The notes: a model not told the origin generated them from the sequence alone. A DNA stretch of 63,932 bases, filler included, from Octopus bimaculoides (GCF_001194135.2; 4 parts of 4 records of this genome joined end to end with filler, not necessarily neighbours in it); one strand, 5' to 3'; positions 51,061 to 63,873 are shown, numbered from the whole stretch's first letter. Numbers and translations: made by a program.

Positions 51061-53018
51061 TCAATTGATCGAATATCTGAATTTTCATTGTCGAACGACG
51101 AAGATCCATCCATCCATCCATCCATCCGTCCGTCCGTCCACCGTCTATCCATCTATCGATCTACCCATCCATTTAGGCATCCATCCACATGTGTGTGGGT
51201 GTGGGTGTGGGTGTGGTTTGTTAGTGGCGTATGTTAGTGTTCCATTCTAGTTTCCTATTCAGGCTAGGTTTCCCTTCTATTATGTGTGTAGCTTCAGTAA
51301 TTTGTNNNNNNNNNNNNNNNNNNNNNNNNNNNNNNNNNNNNNNNNNNNNTTAATTAATTAANNNNNNNNNNNNNNNNNNNNNNNNNNNNNNNNNNNNNNN
51401 NNNNNTATTTGCTGTATGATTGTGCGTGCGCACGCGTGTCTTTCAATATATAGGCAAAGCAACACTGACTTAAAAAAAAGACTTTCACTTTGAACAATTT
51501 ATGAAGGCAGCATAGTGACGGAGAACGACCTAGGAGTAATGATAATGATAATCGTTTCTAAATTAAGCACAAGCACAGAAATTTTGACGGTAGGAGTAAA
51601 TAGAAATTGATGAAATATCTTATGACTGGTAGTGAAATATATAAGAATGGGACTAATGTATAAGAATAGCACCAACCATCGTCATGTTCTGCCCCAATGT
51701 GTTCTAATATTGCCACAACCGGTTAAATGATTCAACATTCTAGAAGTTCCCTCTTGCACTCATTTGTGTCGTTTCAATTCACATTAAATTTGATGAGCAG
51801 ACCTACGGACGCAGAGACCGTAGCCGTGAACATCTCGACTTTATTTCTTATGTATTGTATATTATTTAAAGCTTCATTTGCCAAAGCATGATTTCTTTTC
51901 TAAAATGTGGTTTATTTCGTTGATATTTCTACCGAGCGGATCGATCACATTGACACCCCTTCCTCAGTTCTTTACCTTTCTCTCACTTCTTTTCCCAAAT
52001 GCATCGATTTGCAGCCAAACAAACTGAACATCTACTGCATCATTTTACAACTTAAAGCAGCCCTACGAATATCACTGGCGCGATTCATTCCATGTGACGA
52101 AAACCTTACACAGAAATATGGACTAAGAAAAAGATGATGAAAAGCAAAAAAAAAACAAAAACAAAAACAAAAAAAAAACAAAGCAACACAAAAACGAAAG
52201 AAGCATTAAAACCCTGTAAAATATATGCTGTTATTATTTACTAATGTCTTCGTACATTTTCAGGTTAATAATGTATTTAGAAACCAGCTGTCTCTTCCAG
52301 CTTGGTCACAGATGCTGCAGTTTGAAGCTTCGAGTTCCTGCATTAAACTATTTTGAGTGAAGCTGCTACGTCAATATACTCATGCGTTCAAATGAATTGA
52401 AATTCGAAGCCAGAAACTAGAAAAAGATCAACAACCACGATGCAATAACCATATTGATTCAATAAATTTATATACATATATGTTATTCTTACAATATAAA
52501 TTGTTCTTATGATTATTCAGCAAAAATATATATGCAACCGTGTTCGCTAATATACATTATAATATAAACTATATTTCGAGCATACAGGTATGAGGATATG
52601 TTCTCATACTTATCAGTGAATAAATTCAAATTAAAAATGAAGACATTAAATGGGTTTTTAATAGAATTCAGCAATACCGTTAAGTTTTCTTTAGTTACCA
52701 TTTTTCTTTCGTCAGCATTAACGTAATTATCATGCAGAAAAATAAGTACAGTACGTTATCTATTAGCCATTGAGACAAGGGTAGCCACGAGATATCAAGA
52801 GAGTCTCTAAGTGGTCCCATTACTTGCTAGAAAGTGCAACGAAATCTACAAATAATGTTTTACTGTCTTAAAGATATGGAACTGAACACTGGAAAAAGCA
52901 TGCTAGATGCGATGGAACTGCCCCATCTAGCAAGCGTCTGATTGTAGCTCCGCTCTCTAACAGCTGAGTCACAAATAAACAATAGCGGTTAAGTTACTTT
53001 GGCTCATATGTGAATATC

Positions 53019-53250
53019 GTGGAGGCGCAATGGCCCAGTGTTTAGGGCAGCGGACTCGCGGCCATAGGATCACGGTTTCGATTTCCAGACCGGGCGTTGT
53101 GAGTGTTCATTGAGCGAAAACACCCAAAAGCTCCACTATCCCCTGCCGGAGCCTCGTGGAGCTTTAGGTGTTTTCGCTCAATAAACACTCACAACGCCCG
53201 GTCTGGGAATCGAATCCGCTGCCCTAACCACTGGGCCATTGCGCCTCCAC
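53019..53250. mobile_element. Two inverted SINE family A heads forming a hairpin
   Basis: gtggaggcgcaatggcccagtg...aaagctccac (53019-53136) opposite gtggagcttt...cactgggccattgcgcctccac (53156-53250). Confidence 0.9.
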
Positions 53251-53474
53251 ATGCCACATGTACGACACAATGATACATGTACCATACACATGTACCACTT
53301 AAATGATACAGATTTTATCTGTTTTCTTGTAGTTGACCAATACCACATACGTTTGCAATGACGAGAGGCGATTAAGTATAAAACATTACTTCGCTGAAGG
53401 CACGTGGACTAATGAGGAAGGTTTGATACTGAGTTGTGTACTTGAGTAAGGCGCTTCCCTTCGCATCGCTCCAG

Positions 53475-53567
53475 TCTAGGACTGGTGCAGCAGTTTCTGT
53501 AAGGTGTCACACTCGCTATTTTGCTGGTCCATATCATGGAAGGGCCGACAGCGTGCCTATCACTGAG
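53475..53567 (+). CDS. Candidate internal exon (93 nt, phase 0-0), unidentified
   Basis: cttcccttcgcatcgctcCAG acceptor, GAG|GTAAAT donor, open frame SRTGAAVSVRCHTRYFAGPYHGRADSVPITE. Confidence 0.3.
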
Positions 53568-54107
53568 GTAAATATTTAAGTATAAAGATGGGTACAACAT
53601 CTTTATACTCGATAACATTAATTCATATAAGTAATTATTAATTCATATAAATAATTATATTACGATACGGTTTATCCAATTCCATCATCTTCATAAAATA
53701 TCAAACGAACAACAAAGGAACTAATTAGTTTCTTAGATTCCGTCGCTCTTTCTGCATGTTGGATAAAACCAGTTGATTGGGAAATCTATAGATTGTTTCT
53801 CAACCTGGTAATGCTCACGGATTTCACAGCTCGGTTAAGGAATAGGAAAAATTACTTTCATTCCTCACAATGAATCGTCAGAGCTTCTCGTGAGCATTGT
53901 TGCACTTGTTTTCTGTTCTGTAGTTTGCAAGAATGTATATGAAACATATGTAATGGCGATAGTGTGGACCCTGTCATCTTGATCCAGCGAGAACGTACTT
54001 CCCAAGGGATTTAGTCTTTCAGAGACATCACATTTACAGAACAGAACAGGTGAACAAAAGAAGAAAGAATTTTCTTGTCAGCAATAATTTAACATTTTTC
54101 ACAGGGT

Positions 54108-54540
54108 AAGGCAGCGAGTTGGCAGAAACGTTAGCACACCGGGAGAAATGCTTAGCGGTATTTCGTCTGCCGCTATGTTCTGAGTTCAAATTCCGCCGAA
54201 GTCGACTCTGCCTTTCATCCTTTCGGGGTTGATAAATTAAGTACCAGTTACGCACTGGGGTCGATGTAATCGACTTAATCTCTTTGCCTGCCATTGTTTT
54301 CCCCCTCTATGTTTAGCCCCTTGTGGGCAATAAAGAAATAAGAAACGTTAGCAAGCTGGGCGAAATGCTTAGCAGTATTTCGTCCGTCTTTATGTTCTGA
54401 GTTCAAGTTCTGCCGAGCTCGACTTTGCCTTTCATGCTTTCGGGGTCGATAAATTAAGTACTAGTTGCGTACTGGGGTCAGTCCAATCGACTTGCCCCCT
54501 TTCCAAACATTTCGGGCCTTGTGCTTAGAGTAGAAAAGAA
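54108..54540 (+). mobile_element. Tandem pair of family B SINEs (54108-54341, 54342-54540)
   Basis: Second copy starts at gaaacgttagc immediately after the first copy's aataaagaaataa tail. Confidence 0.9.
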
Positions 54541-55737
54541 TATATTTCACAGGGTGTGGATGTGAGCTCCATAATCCCAATAGCTGTCGTATTTACATTA
54601 AGGGACGTGGCGGAATTTAACAGGTAACTGATTTCACATGTCTGACTCAAGCACACTCATTTACAAATTCACATATTCAAATTGCAGTGGGAGAAGGAGA
54701 TATAGCTAGAGAGAGAGAGAGAACGATATAGATAGGGGTGATAAAGTGAGTGACAAAGTGAGAGATTAGAGAGTAAGTGAGAGTGGCGAGAGAACGAAAA
54801 AGTGAGACAGAGACACACAGAGAAAAAGAGAAATTAAACGCATAATTCCTAGAAATTTGATTTGTATAATATCACAAATACGTCAAGATTTAGTCCTTCA
54901 TTTACATAAAATATGCCCTTCTGTCGTGCGTTCGGGAAAGAATTGCTGCTAATTTTTCTCAAGGATTTCTAGAATCTTCAGCAGAAATAATAATTATAAA
55001 ATGACGACGACGACGACGACGACGATGATAATGATGATGATGATATTTATGCGTTCTTCAGTTGCCCGTGGAGAGTAGATTCAAAACAAAGACTTTGATC
55101 TGAACTGGAATGTCGTTTCGATTGTCGGTAGTCACACCTCAGAGAGTTCATATATTTCACATTTAATTACTTTACGTATACTGTGTTGCTAGTGTATTTA
55201 ATTTATATGCAAAATGCTATTGCACATATATAACAACCTTTGGTTGAAAACTATGAAACGTCCGCTAACAATCTGGTGCCAATAATGTCTCTCTACAAAG
55301 TATATATTATTTACAACGACTACAAGTTCGTACTCTCTTCAGTACGTGATTGTTTATTATTAGCCTCAACCTAATCATCCTCTTATCTCATCCAGAATTG
55401 ATGTTAACAGAAGGATGTCGACATTCTCTGATCAGCAGAGCAGACATGATCAACTGTTTAACCGTTCAATGTCGCTCACTGCCTCCACCTTATCTTTCAA
55501 CTGTAAATATTCTACAGTTCATTTCTGGATTAAACTCGTTGCCCTGAGCTTCACATCGTTACATTGTCGATGCTCCTCAGTATCTGGGGTGAACCACGCT
55601 GTGAACTCTTTGGATTGAAACTATTTCATGTGATACATGGAGAAAAATACGGACTTGGGATGGGATTTATAACAAAAAGGTAGTGAGCATGTCCTTATCC
55701 TCACCCTTATCATTACTCCATTATTCTTCATTGCATG

Positions 55738-56311
55738 GTGGAGGCGCAATTGCCCTGTGGTTAGGACAGCGGGCTCGAGGTCATAGGATCGCAGTTTCGA
55801 TTCCCAAACCGGGCGTTGTGAGTGTTTATTGAGCGAAAACACCTAAAGCTCCACGAGGCTCCCGCAGGGGATGGTGGCGAACCCTGCTCTANNNNNNNNN
55901 NNNNNNNNNNNNNNNNNNNNNNNNNNNNNNNNNNNNNNNNNNNNNNNNNNNNNNNNNNNNNNNNNNNNNNNNNNNNNNNNNNNNNNNNNNNNNNNNNNNN
56001 NNNNNNNNNNNNNNNNNNNNNNNNNNNNNNNNNNNNNNNNNNNNNGCAGGGGATGGTGGCGAACCCTGCTGTACTCTTTCACCAAAACTTTCTCTCACTC
56101 TTACTTTCCGTTTCTATTGTGCCTGTAATTCAAAAGGTCAGCCTTGTCACACTGTGTCACGCTGAATATCCCAGAAAACTACGTTAAGGGTACACGTGTC
56201 TGAGGAGTGCTCAGCCACTTGCACGTTAATTTCACGAGCAGGCTGTTCCATCGATTGGATCAACTGGAATCCTCGACGTCGTAAGCGACGGAGTGCCAAC
56301 AACAACAACAA
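55738..56311 (+). mobile_element. Full-length tRNA-derived SINE, family A, with 11-bp TSD (spans a gap)
   Basis: TSD TTCATTGCATG at 55727-55737 and 56313-56323; A-box-like TTGCCCTGTGG, B-box-like GTTTCGATTCC; (CAA)n tail. Confidence 0.92.
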
Positions 56312-56940
56312 GTTCATTGCATGTGAACTTAGAAATGGCTTCATTCAAGCAGAGCGTTCATTAGTTAACCCTGTTTAATCAGAAACAACTCGAAACTCTG
56401 CATATACCTAAGTGGCTAGAAGAGGCGAATTCTTCGTGCCGAAGTCTATGAATAAAAGGGCTTCCATAATTGGGTATCATCGAGCAGATGACGAGGTGAA
56501 TAGGCATTTCACAAAGGACTTTATTCGCGATAATTGCCGGATGGGCATGAACAAAGCTAGTTGACGCTCTTAACATACGTAATTTTTTTCAAAGCTATAT
56601 TTTGTTACTAATACATAAGTAGGCCATGGTAGCTGCAGCTTATTGAAAGCTGTCGTGCATCAGAAGGTCCAGAAATGACTATCCAACAAACCTGCTTCCT
56701 TAAACACACGTCGCTATGATGTTTAAAGATGTCACCCGTCATTGAAGTTTACCAGAACTTTTTATTTTAACTCTTAATAATGGAAGCCAAATATATATGT
56801 CTCAAAATTACAGTCTCTGGTGCGAATTAAAAAGGGGCCAGATTGCCTCGTATAGTAAGTTATGTACAAAACGACGGCAGTGCCATGGTTGGGCCGAGGT
56901 CTTTTTGCTTCAATGGAGATTAAATTGAGTTAAGCGACAA

Positions 56941-57250
56941 CTACAACTGCATTGTCGTTGTCATCATCATCATCATCAGCAGCAGCAGCAGCAGCAACAA
57001 CAACAGCAACAATGTCAACAACAAAGGCAAATGTTGCATTAACAACAGCAAAAAGAGCGACAGCATCACCAGAAGAAGAATACGCATCAACACAACATGA
57101 TGATGATCATCATCAGTAATAGCATTAACAACAACAACAGCAGCAGCAGCAGCAGCAGCAGAGAGCAATAACAACAAAATCAGTAACAGCGACGACAACA
57201 CCAGCAACATCTACGAATAGAACATCACCATCAAGAACGTCGACAACAAC
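56941..57250 (+). repeat. Degenerate (CAT/CAG/CAA)n low-complexity tract
   Basis: Direct read. Confidence 0.85.
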
Positions 57251-58538
57251 CGCAAGCACAATTTAAAACTCTGCAATGGGATAGATCACATAAAAAATCT
57301 ACTTGGAATTGAACCCCATACCACAGTTACTTAATCCTATCAAACTCATTGAAGCCCCGTAGCATTTGTTCTGACACTCAGTGTGCAAACCCTTCCCAGA
57401 AGAACTTTATCCCTCATCCTTTCACGGCGGTCACAATAATACGGATGCAGGATGATCGAATGTCGGAGCTGTAAGAATGCCGTGATGGTTGCTTTGCAAT
57501 ATTCGTTACGGTCCCCTTCATTCTGATTTCAAATACAGTCGAGGTCCTTTTGGATGGTAATCTCAGTTCGTTACTCAAAGATGCCAGGTTGCGATGCTTA
57601 TCCACTGCCTCACATTTGATATGGTTACAGTGGAGTCGATTCTGTTGCAAGTATTTAAGCTAGGATATCTTTGTCCCTGACTGGCACTAATGATGGACGT
57701 CTTGCGAAAGCTCTTGGACTCTGCATTCTCACTTGACTAAAACAAATCTAAGTCCCTATTATAAAGTCCGGCACATACCTGATCAGTCTACCCCCACCCC
57801 GCGCAGAACTACAGGAATGAAAACAAACCAACACCCACCGTCAGGCAGTGGTAAGGGCAAATACAACACACAAACACAAAATGATAGACATTTCCTCGTC
57901 CACAATTCAAACAAATGCATTTAAACTTTGATAGGGCTCGTTGCTGACAGGTCCGTCTACTGTAAACATAAATAAAAGAGTTTTGTTATTGAGAATGTGA
58001 ATGAAGCATATTGCTTTCACTTTTATAAAAAGGCGAAACAAAACTCTTTAACCTTTCAGATGGGATTCATATAGAGTTATCTCCCTTGTACAGCAGTTAT
58101 TCCTATTTAATTTCATTGTCTCCCTGGGATAATCAAATGCTAAAGGAATAACTAGGTAATCAAATTTTAAAAAAAATTTAATTTATGATTAGAAATTTTG
58201 TTTTTCTACTCTGAATGAATGCAGGCAAATCTGAGTAATTCAGAAGATGAATTTGCACTTGTGAAATACTACATACCACAGAACAGGGCGTTACTTTAGG
58301 GATGCATATCTTACCATTGACACCGAAGGATTACAACAATGTGATTGAAATTGCGTCGACGAAAACAACGTGGTTGCACATCTGATGAATTGTATTTCTA
58401 AACCGAACAAAAGTACATTAACGATGCATATGCCTGCAGAATAGCCTGAACTATAGTAATTAAAGGTAGATAGTTAATTCCAGCGAACGACTGAACGATC
58501 AACGTCAAAATCGACAAAGAATACATAATGATGACTTA

Positions 58539-58786
58539 TTGGGTTGGTGCATAATTATTGCGGCTGTTTCTCAACAAATTTTATTCAACAAAGACAATAA
58601 CAACATTTAACAAAAGCATCTTTAAATGACGGTCTGACCATCTGCCAAACAAATGGGAATCAGTAATTGAAGTAGATGGTGAATATGCTCCGGAATAATC
58701 ATTTAAAGATGTTTTTGTTACATGTTATTGTTTTTGTTGAATAAAATTTGTCGAAAAAAAGTCGCAATAATTACGCACCAACCCAA
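58539..58786 (+). mobile_element. mariner-derived MITE (248 bp) with ~88-bp inverted ends and TA TSD
   Basis: TA|TTGGGTTGGTGCATAATTATTGCG ... CGCAATAATTACGCACCAACCCAA|TA; centre encodes LPNKWESVIEVDGEYAPE*. Confidence 0.9.
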
Positions 58787-59399
58787 TATATTAAATACTT
58801 TGAATAACATATTTAAAGATATTCGAATTATTTAAAATAAAATATTAAAAAATTATTTTTGTTCCTCGTAAATTACTATGTCTATTTCCTCTCTTAGAAT
58901 CATTGAGGGAATATGAATAAAACCTTCATAAGTGGCTGAGTAAACCTAGGTACAGTTTTATATAGTGTGATAGAAAGAAACAGAAATTCACGTCTGTAAC
59001 CAGTCGTAGTTCTTAATTTTGCTTATAAATCCCTGGTGATGGTGAGAATACAGTATACTGAACAGCAGCGTGTCTGTGTGGTAACAAGTTTATTTCCCAA
59101 CCGTGGAATTTTAGGATTGTGTTCTAGCAACGCTGCAGGCTGACTGATTTTTTTGTGAGTCGATTTACGAGAAAGAAACTGGAAAATGTTCGTCGTACGC
59201 GCGCGTGCTCTCAAACAAACAGGGTACACACACGCACGCACGCTCGCGCGCACACACACACGCACAGACAGCACACACAGCACACACAGAGATACACACA
59301 TATATGAATTTGTATACATATAGACAGAATATCACCCCCCTTATATATATATATATATATTTTAGAGAATTAACATTGCTTATATATATATATATATTG

Positions 59400-60029
59400 C
59401 AGAAACAACAGACTGACACAAGATCTAAGAGTTTTGTGCGTTGGCACTTATCAAACGCACCATTTGTATTCATAACATGGAGATTTACTACTAATTGATA
59501 AGTGCCACCGCACGGAACTCTCCGACCTTGTGTCACTATGTTATTTCGGCAAAATATCAAAAAATATATATACACATACTCATGTTTTGAGTTCGCTTTT
59601 TCCTGTTTGCATCAACGTAACTGCATGTATGTCCCTTCCATTTTTTTATTATTATAAATGTTCCACTGAGGTGGTAGCCGGATCCAACAAAAATACAAGG
59701 CTTCATCACAGACAAATTTACATTTGGAACTTGAGATAAGTCTTGCATATTTTTACCGTTCCACTCACGGATTGGATTTATAATGTACAAATCAGCCGGT
59801 CAATTTCTCTTCCTGAAAATCTCAGTTTAACCAGATTTTCATTTAAGCATTTACTAACAAAACCTAGTGTTCCAATTATTATTTCTAAGAATATGAATTC
59901 ATAGTCTGGATATAGAAACTGGAGGTTTCAAAGCAGCTGTCCATAGACAGCCTCGTTTTCTTCGATTTGCAAAGAGATATTTATACCTGCAGGGCAGCTA
60001 ACCTCAATGATAGTACATTGCCCCTCATG
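59400..60029 (-). mobile_element. RLE-type (R4/NeSL-like) LINE 3' end, 5'-truncated at a (CATA)n tract and ending at (TA)n
   Basis: 59718-60029 minus: HEGQCTIIEVSCPAGINISLQIEENEAVYGQLL*NLQFLYPDYEF...IIGTLGFV...SVSGTVKICKTYLKF. Confidence 0.8.
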
Positions 60030-60448
60030 TATGTATGTGTGTATAGATGTATGTATGTATTTATGCATGTTTGTATGTAGCTATGTACGTATGTATATAT
60101 ATATATATATATAATTATTTTGCTTAAAAGAGTTCCAACACTGTCTGTTTTTTATGTTTTATTTATATTCCTGCAGAACTAATGTGGAGTATAGAATATG
60201 GAATATACAATATATAATATGATATACAATATACAATATAAAATAAAATAAAATAAAAATGGATGGCACCATGAAAGAAAGTATTGAATGTAGATGAAAT
60301 ATTGAGTGTTCAATATAAAGGATCAAATATATAAATATATAAATATAANNNNNNNNNNNNNNNNNNNNNNNNNNNNNNNNNNNNNNNNNNNNTTAATTAA
60401 TTAANNNNNNNNNNNNNNNNNNNNNNNNNNNNNNNNNNNNNNNNNNNN

Positions 60449-60480
<32 letters not shown>

Positions 60481-61224
60481 TCAGATGTAAAGATTTAAAG
60501 AGAGACCAATTCTTACCTCAAAAGCTTCTACAGAAATATATTTAAAAAATAGTGAAAGACGACGCTGATATCACGTGAAGACTAAACGGCCAATTTAGTG
60601 AGATAGTTGACCCCATTAAACTCTGGTTGCTCATTCTTTGCTTACTCGGAGTAAATTCACAGATAAGCTCAAATCGGTAGCTGTGCTCATTAGATAATAA
60701 TATAGCGAAACTTGGGCATGAAAACGAAAAACGTGTGGTATTAGCTAGTAGTAAACACAGTGCATGACGTACTCAGTCACAACCAAATGGGACATGTTTT
60801 CAGTCCGAGGACAAGATCATGGCAAACTATCCAAATATAATAAAAATACTGGAAAGAATATGTCTCTAATTCATGAGACCTCGTCCTTTCAGACCAAAAC
60901 ATTGTTGGAAGCCTGTTGGAGAAGTCGTCAAAGTTCAAGGCTCTCAAAATGGTAACAAACAACATGTGAGAGTATGCAAAATATTTTTATACCGTGCTTA
61001 GAGGGTCATGAATAATAACACTGTGTAACAAAGTTTTTATTTTTAGTTTTTGTTTTTGTTCAGTTAGTGTTATCTCCTATTTGCTTCTAGCTAGACATTA
61101 AAGGAAATGACTACCATTCCCTTCAAACTTTCTGACCCGGACATCAATGTTTTGAAACTGACCTAATTTCCATTACATTTCAGACAGATTCAGCACTGAG
61201 TTGCTGAAGCAGAAATATCGTTAA

Positions 61225-61391
61225 AGCAAATATTCAGATCTACACCACAGATCTGCTTATCAGTTGCTTGACCTTAACCAGTTGAGCATGTCCCTTGGTG
61301 GCTGAAAATATGTGCATCTCTGATCACGAGCAGAAGTAGTAGAGGAGCATCATAGCCATGTGTTGAGAGGGATTCTTTGGGGTTTGAATAA
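61225..61391. mobile_element. Fragment of the (TAA)n-flanked repeat family
   Basis: cagttgcttgaccttaaccagttgagcatgtccctt...gttgagagggattctttggggtttg. Confidence 0.85.
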
Positions 61392-62829
61392 ATGTAAAGA
61401 AAAGCAAGGTTTCTAAGGGAAAGCAAATAGGAAATAACAATTACTACCCAAGGACAAAAATCATGTTCCACAGTGTAATTAAGACATTATGATAAAGTAT
61501 CAGGAATGGTAATTAGAGCACTAGATATGATAATTAGGTTACTGGGTGTGATAATTGGTGTAATGGGTGTGATGAGTAGCTTAAAAATATACAAACAATA
61601 ACAAGGCTCACAGCTTTAAGCGCGGTCTAAAACAGCTCGATTAGCTACGACTAGCTACACAAGACATTTTCAGTTTAGTAGCACTACCCAAACACTACCG
61701 TCTCTGTACACAACCCATGACTTATATCAGTGGTTCTCAACCATTTTCTATTATCTCTTGACCCTTTGATTACTATCTCATTCTGGTGGACCTCCATAGC
61801 CATTCAATGATGGATGACTAATTTTGCTGAAACTGCTTTCAAAATGTTTTTGTTTTTCACACTTTCACCCAAATCATAAAAGTAACGGGAAAAAAAATGC
61901 AAATAAAATAACAAGGTAAACATTTGCTACAACAAAACACTGTTACCATCGGACTAACTTCACTTACTATATGCTAAGAAACGAGTGGAAAGTTTCTCTG
62001 CCGCATCCTGTATGACACTAAAACTTCCACACACACACACACACACACACACTCACTAAAAGGATACCACACACACACCTATCTATCTCATACTCTGTAC
62101 CAAGAACAACTTACACGTCACACTCTACACAGCTGGAAATCCTTTATGCTATGCATATCACATGCTCTACATACCCAGCATCTGACATAGAAACAAATAG
62201 CGTCAACACTGAATCACACAACATGCAGGAAATATGATCATCGTCGAATGAAATAACACAACTGCCATTACACACATACTGCACAACAGCACGAAAATCA
62301 CTAAAATAGCATCAGAAACAACAAACTACTCCCTACGAAGAAAGTAAAACCTTGATGTAGAAGGCAAACGCAAATCTACAGAAACAATGCTGTATTGTTC
62401 ACAGTTGAGGAAAAAACGGACAGGCGTTTGGTGGTAGAAAAACACAACTCGCGTAAATGTGTCGATAAACGTAATAATAATGATGGCCACTCTCGTTGAT
62501 TTCTTTCGACGAATGAGTGTTTGAAGGAAAGGATTAAAAAATAAAAGAGAGGGAGAGAAAAAGTCAAAAACAACTTTAAAAATAAAAGAAGCGACGTCTG
62601 TTTGCGATGGATGCGTGAATGNNNNNNNNNNNNNNNNNNNNNNNNNNNNNNNNNNNNNNNNNNNNNNNNNNNNNNNNNNNNNNNNNNNNNNNNNNNNNNN
62701 NNNNNNAGGGATGGATTTTGCTGTGAAGACACCATGTCAGAAATTGGGCAAATGTGTCTGTTGATTGCGAGATATAATTTTTTATTGTTCTGTTCTTTCA
62801 AATTATTTTGATGCATCATGACATAAAAT

Positions 62830-63088
62830 GACGGAAACTGAAAGAAGCCCGTTGTATGTATGTATTTATATGTGTGTGTGTACGTTTGTGCGTCTGTGTT
62901 TGTCCCCTTACCATCGCTTGACAATCGATGCTGGTGTGTTTATTTTCCCAGTAATTTAGCGGTTCGGCAAGAAGAGACCGATAGAATAAGTAGTAGGCTT
63001 ATAAAGAATAACTCTTGGGGTCAATTTGTTCGACTAAAGGCGGTGCTCCAGCATGGCCGCAGTCATATGACTGACACAAATATGAAGA
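62830..63088 (+). mobile_element. SINE family C, 3' two-thirds
   Basis: gacggaaactgaaagaagccc-(TG-rich)-ttagcggttcggcaa...gaccgatagaataag...ggcggtgctccagcatggccgcagtc. Linkage to the family C head at 31267 is from recall of the consensus, not shown in this window. Confidence 0.7.
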
Positions 63089-63091
63089 GTA

Positions 63092-63134
63092 ACCTTAGAC
63101 GATTTTCGAATCTTATTGGATTCTCATCAGAGGT
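63092..63134 (-). ncRNA. Hammerhead ribozyme-like motif (intact core and stem II, imperfect stems I/III)
   Basis: Reverse complement ACCT-CTGATGA-GAATC-CAATAA-GATTC-GAAA-ATCG-TC-TA-AGGT. Confidence 0.55.
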
Positions 63135-63169
63135 ATCTACATCATTTGACAAATCCCAGGGAAATAAGT

Positions 63170-63330
63170 AACCAATCTGCTTATCTACACAACAAATCCA
63201 GTATTTACAGAGAACTGGAGCTACTAATTAAACATACTGAAAGTGTTCGACACTTCCATTTTAATATAATCGTCCTGTCAATTGGAGTCTTAGTTCAGAC
63301 AGTATCAAAGAATGATATTATAGGTGTAAC
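63170..63330 (+). pseudogene. Possible RLE LINE C-terminal remnant
   Basis: SIYRELELLIK...IIVLSIGVLVQTVSK resembles the KYxDLxxEI...IPIxxGxLG tail. Confidence 0.35.
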
Positions 63331-63870
63331 TTATGAAGGACATAAACATGGCATATTTAGCGGTTTCTCCGTGCACACACACACATACATTATGTCATCG
63401 AGATTGTGTGGAAAAAGTTTATGTGAAGGATACAGACTGTGGTGCGAGCGTGTACGCATCGCTGCAAAACTCCATCTCAGCAAATATAATGTGTATCGGG
63501 TTCATTAGTCTAGTTAATTATATTTGCAGAAGACTACAGACAGGTGCTTTCTCTCCTCTCATTTTCCTCTCATAACTGACTCACATATGTTAAACAACCG
63601 TTTACACAAACACATACACACACACACACACACACATGCATATATACTACATCTACACACATACACACACACACACACACGTATAGACGTATGCGTACAC
63701 ACACGTTTATATACACAAACATACGCCTCACACTCAGAGCACTACATATGTGCAAACAAAACAAAACCTCATTATGTAGAAGACGACTGTACGCACTGAC
63801 AGATAAACGAATGCACACACACATAAAGTTACATTACCTATTACCATAGATACGAATGCTAGAGAGAGAC

Positions 63871-63873
<3 letters not shown>

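Noticed and set aside
53019-53100. tRNA genes at SINE heads
   Set aside because: A/B boxes are present, but there is no complete cloverleaf and the sequence continues into SINE bodies.
57585-57620. DAYPLPHI, resembling a Ty3/gypsy RT motif
   Set aside because: Followed immediately by a stop, with no other LTR-retrotransposon motifs or LTRs.
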